Below are positions 11,002-22,700 of a stretch of DNA of 64,000 bases, in pieces (position 1 is the first letter of the stretch; each line of letters starts with the position of its first letter). A program made the position numbers and the translations under genes. Origin of the DNA: Squalus acanthias. Taxonomy: Eukaryota. Where the stretch lies: positions 434,001 through 498,000 of the forward strand of contig JASTWF010000035.1 of the NCBI GenBank assembly GCA_030390025.1, in the 5' to 3' direction. The notes beneath the pieces are model-generated. The model searched no databases. It had not been told where the DNA came from and was given only the letters and a program-made list of their open reading frames with translations.

Positions 11002-13798
11002 CTGTGACGCCATGTCGGCGGGGGGCCATGGCGCCCAGGATGGGGGATATGGTGTTCATGTCCATGAGGCGGTGACGAGGGATGTCTACCAGTAGGCCGT
11101 GGGCGCACAGGAAATCTGCGCCGATGAGGGGGGAGAGCACCTTGGCAGTGATGAACTCCCATCGGTAGTGGTGACCAGCGAGGTCGAGGGTGACTGTCCG
11201 GGTGCCATACGTCCGGGTTAGGGTTAGGGTTAGGGTTAGGGTTAGATAACTAATCCTCCACCCATGCCAGAATATTACCCCCAATCCATTGATTTTTTAT
11301 CTTGAGTAATAATCTTTTATGTGGCACCTTGTCGAATGCCTTCTGGAAGTCTAAATACACTACATCCACTGGTTCCCCTTTATCCACCCTGTACGTTATG
11401 TCCTCAAAGAACTCGAGCAAATTTGTCAGACATGACTGCCCCTTCATAAAGCTATGCTGACTTTGTCCTATTAAATTATGTTTATCTAAATGTTCCGTTA
11501 CTGTTTCCTTAATAATAGACTCCAAAATTTTACCCACCACAGATGTTAGGCTAACTGGTCTATAATTTCCAGCCTTCTGCCGACAACCCTTTTTAAATAA
11601 GGGTGTTACATTAGCAGTTTTCCAATTTGCCGGGATCTTTGCTGAGTTCAGGGAGTTTTGGAAAATTATTACCAAAGCATCCACAATTCCTGCTGCCACT
11701 TCCCTCAAGACCCTAGGATGTAAGCCATCAGGTCCAGGGGATTTATCTGCCTTGAGTCCCATTATTTTACTGAGTACCAATTCCTTAGTGATTTTAATCG
11801 TATTTAGCTCCTCCCCCACTAGAGCCCCCTGTTTGTCCAGTGTTGGGATATTCTTAGTGTCCTCTACCGTAAAGACTGAAACAAAATATTTGTTAAGCAT
11901 TTTTGCCATCTCCATGTTTCCCACCATTAATTTCCCGGTCTCATCCTCTAAGGGACCTACGGTTGCCTTAACCACCCTTTTTCTTTTTATATAACTATAG
12001 AAACTCTTGCAATCTGTTTTTATATTTTTTGCTAATTTATTTTCATAGTCTATTTTCCCTTTCTTAATCAATACTTTAGTTACTTTTTGTTGTCTTTTGA
12101 AGACTTCCCAATCTTCTATCCTCCCACTAACTTTGGCTACCTTATATGTCCTTGCTTTTAGTTGGATACTTTCTTTAATTTCTTTACTTAGCCATGGATG
12201 GCTGTCATTTCTTTTACACCCTTTTTTCCTCAGTGGAATATATTTATTTTGAAAGTTGTAAAATAACTCCTTGAATGTACACCACTGCTCATGTACCGTC
12301 TTACCCTTTAATCTATTTTCCCAGTCCGCTTTCATCAATTCTGCTCTCATGCCATCATAGTCTCCTTTATTCAAGCTCAGTATGCTTGTTTGAGAACCAA
12401 CCTTCTCACCCTCTAATTGGATATGGAATTCAACCATGTTATGGTCACTCATTCCAAGGGGATCCTTAACTAGGACATTATTAATTAATCCAGACTCATT
12501 ACACAGTACCAGGTCCAAGGTTGCTTGCCCCCTTGTAGGATCAGTTACATACTGCTCAAGAAATCCATCCCTAAGACACTCAATAAACTCTTCCGCAAGG
12601 CTGCCCTGCCCAATTTGATTTGTCCAGTTAATATGATAGTTAAAATCCCCCATAATTATAGCTGTTCCCTTATTACATGCCCCAACTATTTCCTGATTAA
12701 TACTTCTTCCAACAGAGTTGCAACTATTAGGAGACCTATATACTACGCCCACCAGTGTTTTTTTCCCCTTATTATTCCTTATCTCTACCCAAACTGTTTC
12801 ATTATCCTAATCTTTTGACCCAATATCATTTCTCTGTATTACAGTGATTCCTTCCTTTATTAACATAGCCACCCCCACCTCCCCTTCCCCTTCCTTCCTG
12901 CCTGTCCTTCCTGATTGTCCTGAGGTGTGCGTACTTGCCTTCCTCTGGTGGGTTCTGCAGCGTTGTCCAAACCTTGGAAACTGTGGCGCTGCTGAGTAAT
13001 GTGACGAGATAGTCGTACTTCGTCCCATCTGTGGTGATATTTCGCAGCCGGAAGCGAGATTCAGCTTGGAGAAACCAGGCTTCGGGCTGGTTTTCCCAAA
13101 ACTCCGGCAGTTTCACGGAAACTGCGTTCGTGTCCGCCATTGCAGTGCTCGGAATACGTTCTGAGCGTCGGGGTCACCAATGTTGAGGCTGCCGCGAAAC
13201 ACGAATGGAGGCTGAATCCATATGTGAAAAACAAGAAACTTTTATTCACTGCATGGCACACAAAATGGCTGAGAAAGCTGCTCCCAGAATTCTCTGGAAA
13301 AACTCCCAGAATTCTCTGGGTAAAACCTGAGGCCCCGCCCCCTTCTGCCTTAAAGGTAAAGTGCCTTAAAGGGGAAGGTGCTGGAAATTTGTCCACAGAC
13401 GGAAGAGTGGATTATGCCCGTTTTAGGTGGCGATCCGCCACAATTTAAACATTTTTAACAATCTATTCTCAGTACCAGAACAGGTTGGAAAACATTCTAC
13501 TGATAATCTCTGCAATAATTTCTGGAATGCACTGCCTGACAGGGCGGTGGAAGCAGATTCAATAGTTGTAATCTATGTGGGTCCAACAAATGACGGGCAG
13601 AGACACGATGAGTGGCAGTCAAGGTGCTTGTTTACTCGGCCAGAGCGGACTGAGCATGCTCACACTAAACCACGTGACAAATCATGTGACAATATATCAC
13701 ACTGTTAATACCAGGATTGCAGAGCCTTCCTGATCTCCTTACAGAAGGCTTTGGCGTTTTCCGAGTCTCTCATTATAACTATCTCCGTTCATCACAGA
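11002..13798. repeat. Tandem duplicate (offset 5434 bp) of 5568-8364: Gypsy protease remnant, telomeric tract, CR1 piece, gag start, LTR (13181-13442) and flank
   Basis: Near-identical sequence and ORFs at a constant 5434 offset; at least 11 substitutions seen by eye. Confidence 0.96.
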
Positions 13799-16700
13799 TC
13801 CCACTCTGGCCCTGTTCCCAGTCTGATCCTGGACTTTCAGTCCCACTCCCGCCCTGTTCCCAGTATGATCCTGGACTCTCAGTTCCACTCCGCCCTGTTC
13901 CCAGTCTGATCCTGGACTCTCAGTCCCACTCCCGCTCTGTTCCCAGTCTGATCCTGGACTCTCATTCCCACTCCGTCCTGTTCCCAGTCTGATCCTGGAT
14001 TCTCAGTCCCACTCCGCCCTGTTCCCAGTCTGATCCTGGACTCTCAGTCGCACTCCGCCCTGTTCCCAGTCTGATCCTGGACTCTCAGTCCCACTCCCGC
14101 CCTGTTCACAGTCTGATCCTGGACTCTCAGTCCCACTCCCGCCCTGTTCCCAGTCTGATCCTGGACTCTCAGTCCCACTCCGCCCTGTTCCCAGTCTGAT
14201 CCTGGACTCTCAGTCCCACTCCGCCCTGTTCCCAGTCTGATCCTGGACTCTCAGTCCCACTCCGCCCTGTTCCCAGTCTGATCCTGGACTCTCAGTCCCA
14301 CTCACACCCTGTTCCCAGTCTGATCCTGGACTCTCAGTCCCACTCCCGCCCTGTTCACAGTCTGATCCTGGACTCTCAGTCCCACTCCCGTCCTGTTCCC
14401 AGTCTGATCCAGGACTCAGTCCCACTCCCGCTCTGTTCCCAGTCTGATCCAGGTCTCAGTCCAACTCCCGCTCTGTTCCCAGTCTGATCCAGGACTCAGT
14501 CCCACTCCCGCCCTGTTCCCAGTCTGATCCTGGACTCTCAGTCCCACTCCCGCCCTGTTCCCAGTCTGATCCAGGACTCAGTCCCACTCCCGCCCTGTTC
14601 CCAGTCTGATCCAGGTCTCAGTCCCACTCCCGCCCTGTTCACAGTCTGATCCTGGACTCTCAGTCCCACTCCCGTCCTGTTCCCAGTCTGATCCAGGACT
14701 CAGTCCCACTCCCGCTCTGTTCCCAGTCTGATCCAGGTCTCAGTCCAACTCCCGCTCTGTTCCCAGTCTGATCCAGGACTCAGTCCCACTCCCGCCCTGT
14801 TCCCAGTCTGATCCTGGACTCTCAGTCCCACTCCCGCCCTGTTCCCAGTCTGATCCAGGACTCAGTCCCACTCCCGCCCTGTTCCCAGTCTGATCCAGGT
14901 CTCAGTCCCACTCCCGCTCTGTTCCCAGTCTGATCCTGGACTCTCAGTCCCACTCCCGCCCTGTTCACAGTCTGATCCTGGACTCTCAGTCCCACTCCCG
15001 TCCTGTTCCCAGTCTGATCCAGGACTCAGTCCCACTCCCGCTCTGTTCCCAGTCTGATCCAGGTCTCAGTCCAACTCCCGCTCTGTTCCCAGTCTGATCC
15101 AGGACTCAGTCCCACTCCCGCCCTGTTCCCAGTCTGATCCTGGACTCTCAGTCCCACTCCCGCCCTGTTCCCAGTCTGATCCAGGACTCAGTCCCACTCC
15201 CGCCCTGTTCCCAGTCTGATCCAGGTCTCAGTCCCACTCCCGCTCTGTTCCCAGTCTGATCCTGGACTCTCAGTCCCACTCCCGCCCTGTTCCCAGTCTG
15301 ATCCTGGACTCTCAGTCCCACTCCTGCCCTGTTCCCAGTCTGATCCTGGACTCTCAGTCCCACTCTGGCCCTGTTCCCAGTCTGATCCTGGACTCTCAGT
15401 CCCACTCCCGCTCTGTTCCCAGTCTGATCCTGGACTCTTAGTCCCACTCCCGCCCTGTTCCCAGTCTGATCCTGGAATCTCAGTCCCACTCACGCCCTGT
15501 TCCCAGTCTGATCCTGGACTCTCAGTCCCACTCCCGCCCTGTTCCCAGTCTGATCCTGGACTCTCAGTCCCACTCCCGCTCTGTTCCCAGTCTGATCCTG
15601 GACTCTCAGTCCCACTCCGCCCTGTTCCCTGTCTGATCCTGGACTCTCAGTCCCACTCCCGCTCTGTTCCCAGTCTGATCCTGGACTCTCAGTCCCACTC
15701 CCGCCCTGTTCCCAGTCTGATCCAGGACTCAGTCCCACTCCCGCCCTGTTCCCAGTCTGATCCAGGTCTCAGTCCAACTCCCGCTCTGTTCCCAGTCCGA
15801 TCCAGGACTCAGTCCCACTCCCGCCCTGTTCCCAGTCTGATCCTGGACTCTCAGTCCCACTCCCGCCCTGTTCCCAGTCTGATCCTGGACTCTCAGTCCC
15901 ACTCCCGCTCTGTTCCCAGTCTGATCCTGGACTCTCAGTCCCACTCCCGCCCTGTTCCCAGTCTGATCCTGGACTCTCAGTCCCACTCCCGCCCTGTTCC
16001 CAGTCTGATCCTGGACTCTCAGTCCCATTCCGCCCTGTTCCCAGTCTGATCCTGGACTCTCAGTCCCACTCCGCCCTGTTCCCAGTCTGATCCTGGACTC
16101 TCAGTCCCACTCCGCCCTGTTCCCAGTCTAATCCTGGACTCTCAGTCCCACTCCCGCCCTGTTCCCAGTCTGATCCTGGACTCGGTCCGACTCACACCCT
16201 GTTCCCAGTCTGATCCTGGACTCTCAGTCCCACTCCGCCCTGTTCCCAGTCTGATCCTGGACTCTCAGTCCCACTCCCGCACTGTTCCCAGTCTGATCCA
16301 GGACTCGGTCCCACTCCCGCCCTGTTCCCAGTCTGATCCTGGACTCTCAGTCCCACTCCCGCTCTGTTCCCAGTCTGATCCTGGACTCTCAGTCCCACTC
16401 CCGTCCTGTTCCCAGTCTGATCCTGGACTCTCAGTCCCACTCACACCCTGTTCCCAGTCTGATCCTGGACTCTCAGTCCCACTCCCGCCCTGTTCCCAGT
16501 CTGATCCTGGACTCTCAGTCCCACTCCCGCCCTGTTCCCAGTCTGATCCTGGACTCTCAGTCCCACTCCCGCCCTGTTCCCAGTCTGATCCTGGACTCTC
16601 AGTCCCACTCCCGCTCTGTTCCCAGTCTGATCCTGGACTCTCAGTCCCACTCCCGCCCTGTTCCCAGTCTGATCCTGGACTCTCAGTCCCACTCCGCCCT

Positions 16701-19700
16701 GTTCCCAGTCTGATCCTGGACTCTCAGTCCCACTCCCGCCCTGTTCCCAGTCTGATCCTGGACTCTCAGTCCCACTCCGCCCTGTTCCCAGTCTGATCCT
16801 GGACTCTCAGTCCCACTCCGCCCTGTTCCCAGTCTGATCCTGGACTCTCAGTCCCACTCCCGTCCTGTTCCCAGTCTGATCCAGGACTCGGTCCCACTCC
16901 CGCTCTGTTCCCAGTCTGATCCTGGACTCTCAGTCCCACTCCCGCCCTGTTCCCAGTCTGATCCTGGACTCTCAGTCCCACTCCCGCCCTGTTCCCAGTC
17001 TGATCCTGGACTCTCAGTCCCACTCCAGCTCTGTTCCCAGTCTGATCCTGGACTCTCAGTCCCACTCCGCCCTGTTCCCAGTCTGATCCTGGACTCTCAG
17101 TCCCACTCCCGCCCTGTTCCCAGTCTGATCCTGGACTCTCAGTCCCACTCCCGCCCTGTTCCCAGTCTGATCCAGGACTCTCAGTCCCACTCCCGCTCTG
17201 TTCCCAGTCTGATCCTGGACTCTCAGTCCCACTCCGCCCTGTTCCCAGTCTGATCCTGGACTCTCAGTCCCACTCCGCCCTGTTCCCAGTCTGATCCTGG
17301 ACTCTCAGTCCCACTCCGCCCTATTCCCAGTCTGATCCTGGACTCTCAGTCCCACTCCCGCCCTGTTCCCAGTCTGATCCTGGACTCTCAGTCCCACTCC
17401 CGCTCTGTTCCCAGTCTGATCCTGGACTCTCAGTCCCACTCCCGCCCTGTTCCCAGTCTGATCCTGGACTCTCAGTCCCACTCCGCCCTGTTCCCAGTCT
17501 GATCCTGGACTCTCAGTCCCACTCCCGCCCTGTTCCCAGTCTGATCCTGGACTCTCAGTCCCACTCCGCCCTGTTCCCAGTCTGATCCTGGACTCTCAGT
17601 CCCACTCCGCCCTGTTCCCAGTCTGATCCTGGACTCTCAGTCCCACTCCCGTCCTGTTCCCAGTCTGATCCAGGACTCAGTCCCACTCCCGCTCTGTTCC
17701 CAGTCTGATCCTGGACTCTCAGTCCCACTCCCGCCCTGTTCCCAGTCTGATCCTGGACTCTCAGTCCCACTCCCGCCCTGTTCCCAGTCTGATCCTGGAC
17801 TCTCAGTCCCACTCCCGCTCTGTTCCCAGTCTGATCCTGGACTCTCAGTCCCACTCCGCCCTGTTCCCAGTCTGATCCTGGACTCTCAGTCCCACTCCCG
17901 CCCTGTTCCCAGTCTGATCCTGGACTCTCAGTCCCACTCCCGCCCTGTTCCCAGTCTGATCCAGGACTCTCAGTCCCACTCCCGCTCTGTTCCCAGTCTG
18001 ATCCTGGACTCTCAGTCCCACTCCGCCCTGTTCCCAGTCTGATCCTGGACTCTCAGTCCCACTCCGCCCTGTTCCCAGTCTGATCCTGGACTCTCAGTCC
18101 CACTCCGCCCTATTCCCAGTCTGATCCTGGACTCTCAGTCCCACTCCCGCTCTGTTCCCAGTCTGATCCTGGACTCTCAGTCCCACTCCGCCCTGTTCCC
18201 TGTCTGATCCTGGACTCTCAGTCCCACTCCCGCTCTGTTCCCAGTCTGATCCTGGACTCTCAGTCCCACTCCCGCCCTGTTCCCAGTCTGATCCAGGACT
18301 CAGTCCCACTCCCGCCCTGTTCCCAGTCTGATCCAGGTCTCAGTCCAACTCCCGCTCTGTTCCCAGTCTGATCCAGGACTCAGTCCCACTCCCGCCCTGT
18401 TCCCAGTCTGATCCTGGACTCTCAGTCCCACTCCCGCCCTGTTCCCAGTCTGATCCTGGACTCTCAGTCCCACTCCCGCTCTGTTCCCAGTCTGATCCTG
18501 GACTCTCAATCCCACTCCCGCCCTGTTCCCAGTCTGATCCTGGACTCTCAGTCCCACTCCCGCCCTGTTCCCAGTCTGATCCTGGACTCTCAGTCCCATT
18601 CCGCCCTGTTCCCAGTCTGTTCCTGGACTCTCAGTCCCACTCCGCCCTGTTCCCAGTCTGATCCTGGACTCTCAGTCCCACTCCGCCCTGTTCCCAGTCT
18701 AATCCTGGACTCTCAGTCCCACTCCCGCCCTGTTCCCAGTCTGATCCTGGACTCGGTCCCACTCACACCCTGTTCCCAGTCTGATCCTGGACTCTCAGTC
18801 CCACTCCGCCCTGTTCCCAGTCTGATCCAGGACTCGGTCCCACTCCCGCCCTGTTCCCAGTCTGATCCTGGACTCTCAGTCCCACTCCCGCACTGTTCCC
18901 AGTCTGATCCAGGACTCGGTACCACTCCCGCCCTGTTCCCAGTCTGATCCTGGACTCTCAGTCCCACTCCCGCTCTGTTCCCAGTCTGATCCTGGACTCT
19001 CAGTCCCACTCCCGTCCTGTTCCCAGTCTGATCCTGGACTCTCAGTCCCACTCACACCCTGTTCCCAGTCTGATCCTGGACTCTCAGTCCCACTCCCGCC
19101 CTGTTCCCAGTCTGATCCTGGACTCTCAGTCCCACTCCCGCCCTTTTCCCAGTCTGATCCTGGACTCTCAGTCCCACTCCGCCCTGTTCCCAGTCTGATC
19201 CTGGACTCTCAGTCCCACTCCCGCCCTGTTCCCAGTCTGATCCTGGACTCTCAGTCCCACTCCCGCCCTGTTCCCAGTCTGATCCTGGACTCTCAGTCCC
19301 ACTCCCGCCCTGTTCCCAGTCTGATCCTGGACTCTCAGTCCCACTCCCGCCCTGTTCCCAGTCTGATCCTGGACTCTCAGTCCCACTCCCGCTCTGTTCC
19401 CAGTCTGATCCTGGACTCTCAGTCCCACTCCCGCCCTGTTCCCAGTCTGATCCTGGACTCTCAGTCCCACTCCGCCCTGTTCCCAGTCTGATCCTGGACT
19501 CTCAGTCCCACTCCCGCCCTGTTCCCAGTCTGATCCTGGACTCTCAGTCCCACTCCGCCCTGTTCCCAGTCTGATCCTGGACTCTCAGTCCCACTCCGCC
19601 CTGTTCCCAGTCTGATCCTGGACTCTCAGTCCCACTCCCGTCCTGTTCCCAGTCTGATCCAGGACTCGGTCCCACTCCCGCTCTGTTCCCAGTCTGATCC

Positions 19701-22700
19701 TGGACTCTCAGTCCCACTCCCGCCCTGTTCCCAGTCTGATCCTGGACTCTCAGTCCCACTCCCGCCCTGTTCCCAGTCTGATCCTGGACTCTCAGTCCCA
19801 CTCCCGCTCTGTTCCCAGTCTGATCCTGGACTCTCAGTCCCACTCCGCCCTGTTCCCAGTCTGATCCTGGACTCTCAGTCCCACTCCCGCCCTGTTCCCA
19901 GTCTGATCCTGGACTCTCAGTCCCACTCCCGCCCTGTTCCCAGTCTGATCCAGGACTCTCAGTCCCACTCCCGCTCTGTTCCCAGTCTGATCCTGGACTC
20001 TCAGTCCCACTCCGCCCTGTTCCCAGTCTGATCCTGGACTCTCAGTCCCACTCCGCCCTGTTCCCAGTCTGATCCTGGACTCTCAGTCCCACTCCGCCCT
20101 ATTCCCAGTCTGATCCTGGACTCTCATTCCCACTCCCGCCCTGTTCCCAGTCTGATCCTGGACTCTCAGTCCCACTCCCGCTCTGTTCCCAGTCTGATCC
20201 TGGACTCTCAGTCCCACTCCCGCCCTGTTCCCAGTCTGATCCTGGACTCTCAGTCCCACTCCGCCCTGTTCCCAGTCTGATCCTGGACTCTCAGTCCCAC
20301 TCCTGCCCTGTTCCCTGTCTGATCCTGGACTCTCAGTCCCACTCCCGCTCTGTTCCCAGTCTGATCCTGGACTCTCAGTCCCACTCCCGCCCTGTTCCCA
20401 GTCTGATCCAGGACTCAGTCCCACTCCCGCCCTGTTCCCAGTCTGATCCAGGTCTCAGTCCAACTCCCGCTCTGTTCCCAGTCTGATCCAGGACTCAGTC
20501 CCACTCCCGCCCTGTTCCCAGTCTGATCCTGGACTCTCAGTCCCACTCCCGCCCTGTTCCCAGTCTGATCCTGGACTCTCAGTCCCATTCCGCCCTGTTC
20601 CCAGTCTGTTCCTGGACTCTCAGTCCCACTCCGCCCTGTTCCCAGTCTGATCCTGGACTCTCAGTCCCACTCCGCCCTGTTCCCAGTCTAATCCTGGACT
20701 CTCAGTCCCACTCCCGCCCTGTTCCCAGTCTGATCCTGGACTCGGTCCCACTCACACCCTGTTCCCAGTCTGATCCTGGACTCTCAGTCCCACTCCGCCC
20801 TGTTCCCAGTCTGATCCTGGACTCTCAGTCCCACTCCCGCACTGTTCCCAGTCTGATCCAGGACTCGGTCCCACTCCCGCCCTGTTCCCAGTCTGATCCT
20901 GGACTCTCAGTCCCACTCCCGCTCTGTTCCCAGTCTGATCCTGGACTCTCAGTCCCACTCCCGTCCTGTTCCCAGTCTGATCCTGGACTCTCAGTCCCAC
21001 TCACACCCTGTTCCCAGTCTGATCCTGGACTCTCAGTCCCACTCCCGCCCTGTTCCCAGTCTGATCCTGGACTCTCAGTCCCACTCCCGCCCTTTTCCCA
21101 GTCTGATCCTGGACTCTCAGTCCCACTCCGCCCTGTTCCCAGTCTGATCCTGGACTCTCAGTCCCACTCCCGCCCTGTTCCCAGTCTGATCCTGGACTCT
21201 CAGTCCCACTCCCGCCCTGTTCCCAGTCTGATCCTGGACTCTCAGTCCCACTCCCGCCCTGTTCCCAGTCTGATCCTGGACTCTCAGTCCCACTCCCGCC
21301 CTGTTCCCAGTCTGATCCTGGACTCTCAGTCCCACTCCCGCTCTGTTCCCAGTCTGATCCTGGACTCTCAGTCCCACTCCCGCCCTGTTCCCAGTCTGAT
21401 CCTGGACTCTCAGTCCCACTCCGCCCTGTTCCCAGTCTGATCCTGGACTCTCAGTCCCACTCCCGCCCTGTTCCCAGTCTGATCCTGGACTCTCAGTCCC
21501 ACTCCGCCCTGTTCCCAGTCTGATCCTGGACTCTCAGTCCCACTCCGCCCTGTTCCCAGTCTGATCCTGGACTCTCAGTCCCACTCCCGTCCTGTTCCCA
21601 GTCTGATCCAGGACTCGGTCCCACTCCCGCTCTGTTCCCAGTCTGATCCTGGACTCTCAGTCCCACTCCCGCCCTGTTCCCAGTCTGATCCTGGACTCTC
21701 AGTCCCACTCCCGCCCTGTTCCCAGTCTGATCCTGGACTCTCAGTCCCACTCCCGCTCTGTTCCCAGTCTGATCCTGGACTCTCAGTCCCACTCCGCCCT
21801 GTTCCCAGTCTGATCCTGGACTCTCAGTCCCACTCCCGCCCTGTTCCCAGTCTGATCCTGGACTCTCAGTCCCACTCCCGCCCTGTTCCCAGTCTGATCC
21901 AGGACTCTCAGTCCCACTCCCGCTCTGTTCCCAGTCTGATCCTGGACTCTCAGTCCCACTCCGCCCTGTTCCCAGTCTGATCCTGGACTCTCAGTCCCAC
22001 TCCGCCCTGTTCCCAGTCTGATCCTGGACTCTCAGTCCCACTCCGCCCTATTCCCAGTCTGATCCTGGACTCTCATTCCCACTCCCGCCCTGTTCCCAGT
22101 CTGATCCTGGACTCTCAGTCCCACTCCCGCTCTGTTTCCCAGTCTGATCCTGGACTCTCAGTCCCACTCCCGCCCTGTTCCCAGTCTGATCCTGGACTCT
22201 CAGTCCCACTCCGCCCTGTTCCCAGTCTGATCCTGGACTCTCAGTCCCACTCCCGCTCTGTTCCCAGTCTGATCCTGGACTCTCAGTCCCACTCCCGCCC
22301 TGTTCCCAGTCTGATCCTGGACTCTCAGTCCCACTCCTGCCCTGTTCCCAGTCTGATCCTGGACTCTCAGTCCCACTCCGCCCTGTTCCCAGTCTGATCC
22401 TGGACTCTCAGTCCCACTCCGCCCTGTTCCCAGTCTGATCCTGGACTCTCAGTCCCACTCCCGTCCTGTTCCCAGTCTGATCCAGGACTCGGTCCCACTC
22501 CCGCTCTGTTCCCAGTCTGATCCTGGACTCTCAGTCCCACTCCGGCCCTGTTCCCAGTCTGATCCTGGACTCTCAGTCCCACTCCCGCCCTGTTCCAAGT
22601 CTGATCCTGGACTCTCAGTCCCACTCCCGCTCTGTTCCCAGTCTGATCCTGGACTCTCAGTCCCACTCCGCCCTGTTCCCAGTCTGATCCTGGACTCTCA

